64,000 nt of DNA from positions 1,483,647-1,547,646 of the forward strand of contig NW_003526943.1 of assembly GCF_000181795.1 (NCBI RefSeq). Reading direction: 5' to 3'. Position 1 is the stretch's first letter, and each line of letters begins with the position of its first letter. Position numbers and translations under genes: made by a program. Origin of the DNA: Trichinella spiralis. Lineage: Eukaryota. Of the stretch, positions 26,370 through 39,390 are shown in pieces. The notes below the pieces were generated by a model. It saw only the letters and a program-made list of their open reading frames with translations. It had not been told where the DNA came from and ran no database searches.

Positions 26370-28211
26370 ATGCCTCATCTCACCAAGACAGTTTTCTTAC
26401 TTCTCCTCCTTAAAGTAAGCTGGTTTTTTCTTATTTTTGCATTTTTCAATTAAAAATAATATTTTGGCAAAAAATAACAGCATTTCAGAAAAACTTTAAT
26501 TACTGAAGCATATTACAAGTTTGCAATAATTTTTATTTTCAGTTTGTGCAATGTGAAGAATTGCTAATGTATGTTGATATTGTTAGTAAAAGTTGTTATG
26601 TTGAAAGAATTAATGCAGAAACAAGTCCAATGAAAAGCGTTGATGCAGATCTGGAAACTGCTACATTATCAAGCTGTATAGGATTGTGCAAATCTTTCGA
26701 AGAAGAAAATGAATGCAATGTAGTGGCATATTCAAATGAGAGCAACATTTGCAAAATGTTTACATTAGATGGCCCTGCATATTTCACAGATGATGAATCA
26801 AGCAGCTACTTTTTCATAAAACACTGTGAGTTAGGTATGTATATAGAATGCAAATTTTCTGAAAAAAAGCATTTAATTCTGGACAGTATTTTTAATTTAT
26901 AGAAGATGCTGATGCCCATAATACGGAAACTGTAAATGACATTATTTATCTTCCTGAAACATTAGAAACTTGTGAAGTTGAATATTATCTTGGAAATAGC
27001 GTATACGGCTTCGGCTACTTGGAAGAGTCAGATGGAATTGACAACTTAGAAAATTGCCTTTCTCTTTGTCAAATGCTGGCTAATGAAAACGGTTGCACTG
27101 CTGTTGAATATTTGCAAAGTCAAGGCAAATGCCGCCTTTTCAAAACCTCCATTGTCAAGCATGTTCAAACATATGATGGTTCATTTACAAAAATTATCGA
27201 CTGCCATAAACGTAAGCAAATATAAAAATTATTTAAATTTACTGAATTCTTCTTATTGAATTGCAACAAATAAATTTATGTATTTAGAATTCGAAAAATT
27301 AGTCAAATTTATTATTAGCATCGATGAAGATTAGTTTATTGTTAAAGTTTGCAACTCAATTTGCGAAATTTTTTGTAATACCAAAAAATGTTCAACTAAA
27401 TTCTTGAAAATGCATGCATATTTTAGAAACGCCAGCTATTGTAAATGAGCCTGAAGAATCAGAAATTTTGGTCGAAGAGGCAACTAAGAAAGGCACTGTT
27501 GCGGTAGTTGAGCTTTTAGAAAGGTGTGACGTCACTTATCATGCAACAAAAGAAAATTTTGGATTTGAAACATTCAAAGAGATGAAGAGTATCAAAAATT
27601 TAAACAAGTGCATATTCATATGCCGTGTTGACGATGCATGCAAAGCTGTATTATTTGCTCCAAAAGATAAAATGTGCAAATTGGCTAAGAAAAGTGGCCC
27701 TACGAGCAAAGTGGATAGATCAGACAATCAGCTATTCGTTCAGATCATCACATGTGAGAAAGGTAAATTCTTCTATAGAACGTTTTTATTGCATATTTCC
27801 AATTTATTAAACACCGTTGAATATGTCATTTTCGTGAATGTGTGCATAAAGTGAAAAATAAATTTTATTTCAGATCGCGTTCAAGAACGCTTACACAATC
27901 CGTCGCCTATAAAATACTATTTGCCTGAAATTGAGGAAGTGTGTGAAATTGAATTTTATGTGTTACCAAAGCTCACTTCGTGGTTGCAAATTGGAAATTC
28001 TGTGAAAGCTCGCGATTTGACAGAATGCTTAGAGGCATGCAAGGTACTGGAGCATATCCAACAGTGCTCAGCAGTTAATTTTTCCATTGATAAAGAATGC
28101 GTATTGCTAAAGAGAGGTAAACCTGAAAATGAGTATACAGTTTTACAGAAAAGTCTTTTTGGCGAGTTTGTGAACTGTTTTGAAGAAAGCATCGTGGAAC
28201 TGTTATCATAA
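26370..28211 (+). CDS. Secreted PAN/Apple-domain protein A (4 domains, 439 aa); exons 26370-26414, 26543-26834, 26903-27211, 27427-27762, 27874-28211
   Basis: Signal exon MPHLTKTVFLLLLLK|FVQCEE. Each following exon has the six-Cys pattern C...CxxxC...CxAVxY/F...CxL...C. Exon lengths keep the frame with phase-1 introns between domains. Confidence 0.88.
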
Positions 28212-29663
28212 TTTTACATTTCACTTGTGAAGGGCAAACAGTCTCTTATTACCTGAATACGTTGTTTGATAAATGATATGGCTTTTATTATCAAATGATC
28301 ATTAAACAAATAAAGCATTGCCATAACACTGTGCGCATTTATTCTCTTGCTATAACCAAACAGCTGTTTATTAAGACCATTAAAATGATATTAAATAATT
28401 TAAAATATGCTACAAGGCATAATTTTAGATGACGACTAAAATATTTTATTTTCAATAATTAAAAAACGGATTTAAAATTTATTAGGATAATTTTGAAAGT
28501 GTTTCATGATACAGTATCTATGTGTTGGATGAGCTGAATGGAATAAAGATTATGACTTATTCTTTAAGTTTAATAAAATGAAATTTCAAGAAATAATTCT
28601 GTTATGCAGTAATGAAGAATATAAAGAAAAGGCAATGTTACAATAATAAAATGAATAAATATTGTGTAAATTAAAAAATATGTCTCTAAATTTGGTTTTT
28701 CAAAGGAATACTAATAATGATATTAAAAGATATATTAAAACTATGAGAAATAGCAGTAAAGAAAAGAAAAAAATAAAAGCAATTATTTTTATTGTAGAGT
28801 AATGAAAGAAACTGGAAACCGCATTAATATTTGTATCTGAATATACTTCAAATGATGTTATGTCTGTTTTCAAGATAAAATTCGTTTCCATCATTTACTT
28901 ATTCATTCATTCATAATTATTCACATTTAACATTCATTTTTACGCGCCTAAAAGCATCTGACATGCGTTATTACTAATTAGCGCGCTTCAAACTCTTGAA
29001 AAAAATTCTGAAGAAGTATATAACGTCAAATTTATTAAGGTTAATAATTAAAAGCAGGGCAATGCAAAACAAGAGATAAACGAGATTCACAGAGAATAAA
29101 TTCATGAAGAAGTTCAACTAAAACAATAACTTGTTTACAAAACAAATGAGAAGCAATGGAATTAAGTCCTTGAAAGTTCTTCTGCTTGGTAATTAATATA
29201 AACATACATTAGCATATGAATATGGATAAGATAAATTTGAATTTTGACTTTTGCAGCATCAAATTAGATAACAAATTCAAGCGATGGCCAAGGAATAATG
29301 ATATGCTTTTTAGAATAAAACGTTGCAGTGATATAATAAGACCATTTCTTTGAAATTATTGATGTGCATGTAAATTATAGACATATATAATTGATACTGG
29401 ATGCATTGATGCCTCCATTAATATGCGAACGGAATAAGTAAGTAAATAAATAAAAATGTGTACATATAATTTGCTATAGCGTGTAATTGATGCTTAAATG
29501 TAAATCATAATAAAAAGCTGTAATGAATCAAACAAAGTGATACATCTTCCTCTCTTTCTTATTATTGCTATCAGTACGACTCATCATAAGAGGAAACACG
29601 TTTTATTATACAATAGGTATACAGACAACGCATGCACATACACAAACACACACTACACCACAC

Positions 29664-29666
<3 letters not shown>

Positions 29667-29699
<33 letters not shown>
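29667..29699. repeat. (TA)n microsatellite
   Basis: Pure TA run of about 32 nt. Confidence 0.9.
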
Positions 29700-29705
<6 letters not shown>

Positions 29706-31846
29706 GGCTTCCTGGTTTGCCAATAGATGTCTCTTTGTGTTGTTCTCTTGTTAAATACATGCAGTTTTCGATTCATCGATACCGTTACATAAGCATTAAT
29801 GAGTTTATTATATGATTGCAAATTTAAAAATATAGCTCTCATTACCTCTGTTATAGGTAACTTTGATAAGTGCCTACTAACAGCATTTTTTGAGCATGTT
29901 TGATTTACATCTCAGAATAGAAAATTAGATATGATTAGAATAGAATGTTTTATTTATTTTTGAAATTACATGAACAAGCAATTGTATTAAACTGCCGGCG
30001 CTGTGATCGCAACGAACCCTTCTAATTAAAAATGTTCTGCTATTTGCAACTGAGATTTGTATTTGTATTGAAAATAATGTATCAGATGTTTTCCAAAGTA
30101 GAAAGTTCTTTGACCAATGATCCAAATTCCGCCTGGTGAGCAATTTAGCAGGCTTCTTGGTGGCCGAATTTATTAAAGTTGCAGCAGTTTTGTTTTACTC
30201 TGCTAGTTTTGCTAGTTGAAAAACATATTTTAAATGCAGCAGTGTATGCACAATAGCATTCATATTTTACTATGATATTAATTTTTAAACTGCTTTGCAA
30301 TGCAACTGCTTTGGATCTCTGCTGATAAAATGCCTCTCAGCGTGAACTGAAATGAAATAAATCAGTTTCAGTTAAAACAAAAGGTCTATTTTATTACTGT
30401 AATAATTATTTTATTGCTAATTTTAGTGGCGTCTATACTATTTTAAGTTGCCCTTCAATCAGCATTATTTTAACAAATTTAATTATATACAATAAAATGA
30501 ACATGATGGTATATTTATAAGATAATACACATAAAAAACTTTTCATTTTATATAAGATAGAATACTTTAAATATAAATAAATTTAAAAAAATTTTTTGAA
30601 TACACAACTTTTTTAATTAAATAAATATATTTTCGAACCTCAAAAAGGATTTAAAAATGAACAACAATTGTGCAAAATGTAGTTCATGAAAATTTGCATT
30701 CTAACAAAAGTTTTTATTTTCTGTAAAATTATGGCACTATAAATTCTACATTGTTAATTCATGCAATAATAATAAGCGCAACGGCAACTTTAGAGTTTTT
30801 TATTCATTATTCTTTTACATAGCACATTTTTAATTTATTTAGAACATTGTTGCAGAACACTTTCCGCTACACTGCAATTGCAACAAAAAATGCAGCAGCA
30901 TCTTTTTCCAATGTTTTGTAAAAACATTTATCTTTTGCGCAGTTTTACAAAATAATGGAAGTTTCTGCTACATAATGCTTAAATAAATAACATAATACAG
31001 CTACGGTCAAAGCAAAAACTAATTATAATAAGATATTTTAAAGATGTTGTAACCAAACATTACTAACCACTTTGTTAATGTTTTAATGATTATTTGCTGA
31101 ACAGAATTTCATATTTAAAATTCCAGGATACTTTTACTCTTGCTTACATTTCAAGCTCACATCATTTGTCAGTATTTCAAAATTAGCAATATTATTCTAT
31201 TTATAAAACTGACTTATTAAATGTAAAGTAAGTATGTTTGCACTGCCAATGAATGCGAAGTATATAAAATAAAAAAATTTGGGAATTTTAGAATCCATCA
31301 TTCTGCTATCATCATCATTTAAAGTAAGTTAAGTTTTGTAAATGAAGCTGTCACTATTCAATTAAAAATAAAACAAGCATTTCAATAAATTATGAAACAA
31401 GACTGCAGATTATTTCCAAGTATGTATGTAAAGCAATAAAGCAGTTGTAAATTAATTATTTTCTAAATGCCTTGCAATATATTACAGTTTTATAATTTTT
31501 TTCATCTTCAACTCTGCTCATTTTCTGATGTAAATCAGTAATCACTAATGCCAACAGGTCCTTCTGAGCATCATTGAAAACTATATTTGTATTGATGACC
31601 GAGATCACACATTGCTGGTTCATGTAAAAATGAAGCGTTTTTTTCTCGCTTTCACATGACAGTGCTCATGAGTTAATTTTTGTTTTTTTAAATATATATA
31701 ATATAAATCATGCATATAAATTTTATATTTAGCATTATTATATCTTTAATTTACAAATCAAAAATAAATTATCAACAAGTTGTGCAAGACTGAATTGAAT
31801 TGTTTTCTAAAATTAAATTTCACGCATTGCAATTTCAGATTCACTT

Positions 31847-33962
31847 ATGAGGAAAAGCATCTTTACATTAGTGGTTTATGTCCTTCTATTTAAAGTGAGA
31901 ACCATATTTTGAAAAACTTTTTGTTAAGAATATACCGTACTGGATTTCAGATTGAATTGGCAGAGAAAATGAGCATTATAGTGCAACCACTTGGACAAAT
32001 GTGCACAGTTGAAAGGAAATATTTTGATATTCATGAAGCAGTCAGTAGTCAAATAGAACAGTGGTTTTCACCTAGTACTGAAGCATGCATTTCGATGTGC
32101 TGCGCAAGACGAGCGAATATAGACTGCAAATCGATTATTTATAATAAGAAGGAAAGAACTTGCCTGTTTCTGAATAGCGCATTCCAGCACTACATGTCAA
32201 TCCCATCTACAGTTAATTTTGATTCTGAGTTGTACGTCATATACAGTTGCGGAAATGGTAATGCATTCATATATTTTATAATTTTAAAAATTAATACATT
32301 ATTAAAAGCAAACAAAAATTAGTGTCATGTTCAACCTAATGTTAAAGATATGCAGAAGTTTTAACAAAAAGTTATGAAACAAATGACGTTTAATTTAACT
32401 TCACTTACAAACTGAACAATGTAAAGTAACAATTAAAAAATTTAATTCTAAATAACATTAATTTATTCTATAAAAACGTTGGTAGTGTCAATTTTTAGAG
32501 TACATAGTTAGACAATGAACTTTGAAGTTTGCATGTACACCAGTATCCTGCTTAACGCTCATGATGCGTTCTTGAAAAAGAGCGCTAAAAGCGAACAGCG
32601 TTAAATAGTGTCGTTATAGCATGTGTTTGTAGTACATCTGTTCCAATGAAAGTCAGAATACATGCAACAAAATTTGTTTGAAATCTTTATTCAAATGTTT
32701 CACGCTTAATGGATCATAATTATGGTTTCTTCAGCTTTTAGCCTCTCAAGCCTGGGTTTCTTGGTGATGATATCATCAAGAGTTAATTGCCTTTTCTTAA
32801 GTTTTCTCTCACAAAGAATTTCTTTAAAGCAGGATATCATTTGAAGAACACCCTACCTTGTCTTGGATCTCCGCTTATAATCCGGGTAGTATTCTGCAAA
32901 CTGGTCCATGGTTTTTGCACTTTTGATGATGCTGTTGTTGAGGAATTCTGTTGTTAGAGTTCTTAGAGGTGAATTATCTTCTGAATCCAGACTGTTAGTT
33001 CATTATCAGTGCATAGTTCTGACCGCTCTTTAAGATCACCATTGCTATGCCTTTTACTGTGAAGCTCTAATAATTCCTGAACATTTTGCTAGGGAAATTC
33101 TTGCGCTGCCTTGACATTCAAATCAGTTTCTTCACCACTGATACGTATGTTATAGAGTTTGCTCTATTTTTAATTTATCAGTTCAACAACTCTGCTAGCT
33201 GTTAAATTTTCAGATTCATTTCCACTTTCTTATTCAATATGATTGGAGATGCTTCTTGCCTTTTGCATAATTAACATCGGGCTCAAAGACATGCACTATT
33301 GCGTTTGATCATCTACCCAAATACTAAGTCTTCTTTCCATTTCTTCAAACAAATGGGTTCTTGAACGAGTTGTTTTTGTTGTTGACAAATACGAATTCGC
33401 AGATGCTGAAGATTTTATCTTATCCGTATTTTTCATAATTGTTACTCGATGTTGCTAAATTAAGACTATGTTGTTATTACTGTGGATGGATGTTGCTAAA
33501 TTAAGAGAAGCGCTCACGCTAACTTTACGGTCACAGTTTCAGTCGACGTAGTATTTGCAATTTTTTATCCAGAGAAATGGCTTTTCTTTGCATTTTTGCG
33601 CTATCATTACTTGCACATCTTCTTCCTGACATAATGACAGAAGGCACCAAAAATAGATGACAAAATATATATAATCCAACAAAATTTAAGAATTCTGAAC
33701 CAATTACCATGAATGATTGACTAACTGAATGTATCAGATAAGCCAAATGACGCGAGAGTTGCCACTAAGTAAGCAAAAATGAATCACATGTCACGTGAGT
33801 TAGAAACAGCGCTAGATCATCAAGAATCATCAAGAATCATCATCAAGAATGATATTGATGTATTTCAAATTTGAATATGCTATTAAAACACATATATGTA
33901 CATAAACATTATGCACTTTAAATATTAATTCCAATCATTTACAATATCTAGGAAAGAAAGAA

Positions 33963-33994
<32 letters not shown>

Positions 33995-36900
33995 AGAGGA
34001 AGAGGAACCAGGTCCTGCAGCTCAAATGGAAGACATAGTGCATGATAAATCATCCGATACTGATGGTACACATTTGAAACTTTATTGCTGAAGTGTACAT
34101 ATATAAAAATTGTTTATTTTTATTTTTAATTCAAAAATGTATCACATTATATTTATATTATTTTAAGAGAATAAAAATATATTAATTGCAGTTACGCTTA
34201 CGGTTGGCAACAACCACAAAGCAGATTAAAAGTTCCGTTATTAGTATTATTATTTATTTTTAGACTTTCAATAAAAATATTTTTAATGTTAATAATTATC
34301 AAGCAGATTATAATTCATACATTGTTTATACTGAATTATGCTTGAAACCGTATGCTTTCATAATAACAGCAAAACAACAACAATAATAATAATAATGATA
34401 ATTTTAAAATATTTCTTTGAAAATGATATAGAAAATTTAAAAATTCCAATGATATTTCAGAAATAAATCATGATTTATTTGCATTATAATTTTTATTTAT
34501 TTATATCATTTTAGCTTCAAATTTTTATTTAAAAATGAATGCTTAATAATCAGGCAAATATGTATTTCTGAATGAAAAGGTGTATTTAAGGGTGACATAA
34601 TTTTTAAGCATGTTATATTTTTATATATAGATACGGAAGATAACACAGGAATTAAAGCAGAAATAGAAATTGATGTCATGGAAGAAATATGCGAAGTGAT
34701 TTTTGAAAGAAGATCTGAAGTGACTGGCTATAGTTATTTTCAAGAAACTGAAAACATTGACTCTTTACAAAATTGTATAGTCCTGTGCCGCATGAGTAAT
34801 GATCCTGCTTGTTCTGCCGTGGATTTCAGCATTGATAAAAGAGAGTGCACACTTTTAACAGTTAACCCTAATGCACATCCTTATCCTAGAAAAAGGAATG
34901 GTGAATTTGTCATCATTATAAATTGCAAGCCATGTAAGTATACTTTTATTTTCACTTTTGTATGCTCTATGATAGAAGATAACAAAGTCATCGTATAAAT
35001 TTATTTAAATATTCAGTTTAGACTGGTAATCATTATTAATCTTCAAATTATGCATGACATTTAGTAATGTATAATGTATTGTTAAATTTTTAAATGCAAA
35101 GTTGTTATATTTCTACTTTATGTATTTTGTTGCATGCTTATCATATATATTTTTTTACATTTTTCACATATTTTTTCAAATTATATATAAATTATTATCA
35201 AAATGTCAACATAAAATGTTAGGAAGTAAAATAAAATACTTTTGAAAAGCATATTTTTCATCTTCAATTTTCAGTTCAATCCTTTAAAAATACTTTTCAA
35301 AATAGTCATTTTAAATTCACTATCTAATTTGAATTAGGGGAAACTGCAGATCTACCACTTTACAGTGATATTAATGAAGAAACAGGATACGATGTTTCTG
35401 ACCCATTATCAGGTAAGTGTCCTTCACTTATTACGAACTGAGTAAGAATGCATAAAATATATATTTAAAACAAATCATTAAATTACACGAATATTTGAAG
35501 TATAAAATAGTAGTTTAACTTTCAATCAGTTACAACAGCATAATGAATTTTTATTTATAATTCTATACACTTGTCAAATCCATTTTTCATGTACTAATTT
35601 ACAGCTTGAATTTTAGATCAAACTGAAATGAATGAAAATGTTGAAAGTGAAATACAGTTGGAAATTTTACAGGAAATTTGCAAAGTGCATTTTACTAAGG
35701 GTACTGTAATTTTGAATTACAGCTTTTTCCAAGAAACAGAAGCAGTGGATTCTTTGCCAAGTTGCTTGACGTCCTGCCGCTTAACCGATTCTCCATCTGT
35801 TTGTACAGCTGTTGAATACAATCCATTTAATGGGCAATGCCAGCTTTTTGCGTTTAATTTGGAAGCAGAAAAACATATCAAAAATCAGGAGGCTGAATTT
35901 GCTATAATTGCAAGTTGTGAATCATGTAATTTTCCTTTTCTTATTTTTTTATATAGAAAATTTGTTTGTAATATTTAGTTTTTTAGTTAAATGAGTCCAT
36001 TTTATGATTTATTATAATTTAATTTGAATTTTTTGAGATATAATGGTGAAATTTTCATGTATGACAGCTAATATTGATGAGGAAAGTTAAAATATTTTCA
36101 AATTAGCACACATATTACTCTATATTTACTACTAACATAATGTGAAGTTTTTCCTATTTTTCATTCATATATTTTGAATTGAAATTTTGTATATTCTCTT
36201 TTGATTTATTTTAGCAAAAAGTAATGTTATTGTCAGATTAAAGATAAAGATAAAAATTAAGAAATAAAAAATATTTTTCATTAATCTTTTGAATTTATAA
36301 ATGAGTATTTTTGAATTATATGACAGTCGAATTATTCATAAATATTAAGTTTTCATTTTACTTTAAATTCATGGAATATTACAATAAAATATCTACTTTA
36401 ATATAAAATTATTATTATCTGACAATAATTTAACAGTGATTTTGACTCATTAAACGATTCATTATTACATTTATTATGATTAATACAGATTGTTGTTTAA
36501 CTTATTTCATTATACATTCATAACATTATCATTTAATGTGCGATTTAAATGATTAAAATAATGTACACTATTTATTTTAAATTAATTTTGAAGTGTATTA
36601 AAAAAACATTTGTATAAGATGCATCTTTTATTAAACAACTTTTTTAATAGATATTGACCTAGCATCATTTCCATTCAGAGATGATCAAGTGACTTCAAGC
36701 AGTGAAGAAAGAAGTTCACGAAATAATGAAAGTGAGCAATGTAGTTACAGCATTTTTTAATTCACAAAATGGCAATATTTACAAATCTCCTTATAGAATG
36801 AAATTATATGCGTTGTATTTTGTTTGTCAGCTAAAGCTGTTTAATGACAGGATAATCATAAGTATCTTTTGTTTCGTGAGGGAACATTTTAATGCCAATT

Positions 36901-37782
36901 GTGTAACTTCCACATCTTTTATAGTCTTAAGCGGTTTATATTTTAAATTTCTTATATATTTACGTATATATTTTGTGATTCATTTATATTCACATAATTA
37001 GTTTGTGGCGATGTGCTTTAGGAAAGGAAGAAGGAGAAGAGGAAGAAGAAGAAGAAGAAGAAGAAGAAACAGTAAGAACTGGAACTCTCTCACTCTATAG
37101 CCTTCTGCAGAAATGTGATGTTCGCTATTACAACAAAAGAAACATTACTGGCTTTAAGAAAATATGGGAAAAAGAAAATGTTCGACATCTCACTGCTTGT
37201 GTCACCTGCTGCCGCATTGAATTGCAATGCTCAGCTGTGTTGTTTTCGAGCAGAGATAAAGTTTGTGGGTTTTATTCAATAAGTGAAGATAAAGAAGTTG
37301 TCAAGAAAAACTCTGAAAATGCTTTTGTTGAGATTTTAGACTGCAGATCAGGTATGAATGCTAATTTTATTTTTTTAATAGGCAAAAAATAGAAAATCAG
37401 AAATAATTATAAATCATCAAATAATATTTTACTTTAATATTTTTTAGATCGTGTGCATGAACGATACAGAAATCCACCTTTTATGAAATATTTTCTTCCT
37501 ACTGTAGAAGAACTGTGCACCATTGAATTTTACACTTTAGCAGCATTGAGTGAATGGAAAGCAATAGGTTTTGCAGTAAATGCAACTAATTTAATAAACT
37601 GCTTTGAAGTATGTCGAGTGACTGCATCATCTGAGCATTGCAGTGCTGTAAACTTTCTGTTAAATGGAGAATGTATACTTTTGCAAAAAGGTACCCCAGA
37701 TGACACGTACGCCGTCCAACCTAATAGTGTGTTTGCAGAAATATTAAATTGTTATGAAGGAAGTTTACCAGAAATTCTTTGA
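31847..37782 (+). CDS. Secreted PAN/Apple-domain protein B (5 domains plus acidic linkers); exons 31847-31894, 31951-32257, 33952-34065, 34631-34933, 35338-35412, 35617-35925, 36651-36731, 37022-37351, 37448-37782
   Basis: Signal exon MRKSIFTLVVYVLLFK|IELAEK. Five exons with the PAN Cys pattern and three short symmetric phase-1 linker exons. Poly-Glu tracts start the 33952 and 37022 exons. Terminal exon begins DRVHERYRNPP. Inclusion of the linker exons is inferred. Confidence 0.82.
32538..33815 (-). mobile_element. Tigger/pogo-family DNA transposon relic inside an intron of PAN gene B
   Basis: Decayed CENP-B-type N-terminus (RKAISLDKKLQILRRL; RSRTHLFEEMERRLSIWVDDQ...IMQKARS) joined to a Tigger-like C-terminus (...ERKLKKRQLTLDD), with the DDE core missing. 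TA-flanked Tigger-like terminus TA|CACCAGTATCCTGCTTAACG at 32536. The other end is not recognisable. Confidence 0.8.
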
Positions 37783-39390
37783 TAATTGTGTATTTTAATA
37801 TAATATGAATAAATCATGTAATGCATAGAAATTATTTTGAAGTGTATGCTTTTTGAAAAGTATTTCAATGAGCAGTTTACAATCTTATTTGAACAGTTCC
37901 TTTAAAATGAAAAAATAAGGTGTATGTAGTGTAGCAACGGCTTCATTTCGTCCATAGGATATGAAATTACGAAATTATTTTTCATTGTAACGCAATCTGA
38001 AGAAAAAAACTGAGTATTATAATTGCTACAGTTGATTTGAAGTGGGAGCATTTAAATTAAAATGATAATCTGAAATGAAAATCATCAATATTACTACGCT
38101 TTTTTATTTAGAAAGTTATTTAAGGGAGAATCTTCATTTATTTTATATTTCGTGATTATAAATGCTGGTTACATTTGGAAAAGCACAGAGGAATGTTATA
38201 AACTGTATTTTTCACACTTCTAAAAATATTTTTTAAGAAAAATTGTGCTTTTATTCTGATTTTAGAAGTTGAAAACAAGCCATATTTTAAATAAAAGAGT
38301 CAATGTTAAGGTATGTTAAAGTAAAAGATGAAGAAAATTTGAAGCACAGAATTTAAAACTGAAATTTGAAAATGCATGTTGCTTTTCTTAGCATAAAATT
38401 CAAAGCAGATTATGTATTAAATTTTATCAAGTCTTGTCACTGTAGTCTTATCCAACATAATCAACTGCGAAGCTGTAAAATTTTTAAAACAATTTTCTTC
38501 CATCTAATTTCTGTAAAATTAAAACTTGCTTACATTATTAAATTCCTCGTTAAATAATTATATGCGTTGAATAAATGCTGAAACATGCATTTTTTGGATA
38601 CATGTATTGCGCTTCCATGAATACTTTTGGAGATTTTTTAATTCGGATTAAATACTTGCCACAGAGTTATCCCTAAATTGAAATTAATCATTCTGAAATT
38701 TACGGAGTTTATTCAAAAATGGAAATATTAATAATAATTGCACTTTATTTGCTTCCAGGAGTTAACTTAATATTGCAGCATTTTATTGAAATGTCAAGTT
38801 TTAATAATTATTTGTTTTGTAAAACTATTGTAATTGAAAATTGCATTATAACAATGAAAGCTTTAAAATTTGTTCAAATAGACTGTGTTTATTTACGTTA
38901 TTAAAACAAACTGAAATTAATTTATCAAATATCTTAATATCAATTAATATTAATAAATTATCTTAATATTTATTTTTATCTAATCAATTTTGACATTTAC
39001 TTGTGTGCAAGTTTACTTTCATACAATTATATAATACTTTAATTACAAATTTGAAAGGCATCGATTGTTAAGTTCTGTTGAACAGTACTTAAGCATAATT
39101 TAAATACTTTATAGCAATTTTATTTAAAATATTACAGTTTCACTATATAATTTTAATGAATTTCAATGAAATTAAAGTTTAAGTTTAATAAATTAATTCA
39201 ATGTATTCACTAATTTTTTTTGAACTTACTGATAACATACATTACACTGAAATAAAAATGAGCAGTTCAGCGTAAAATATCTTCATCGGATAAAATTCAA
39301 ATAAGAATATAAATGAAAGTACATATATTTTTTTAAATTAATATATGCTTGTTTTATAATTTATTTAGCCCATTGTAATATCAAGTTACG

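Noticed and set aside
29950..30220. GC-richer patch with NCCNFNKFGHQEAC on the minus strand, resembling a decayed Gag zinc knuckle
   Set aside because: The motif is imperfect and interrupted by stops, with no LTRs or other retroelement domains nearby.
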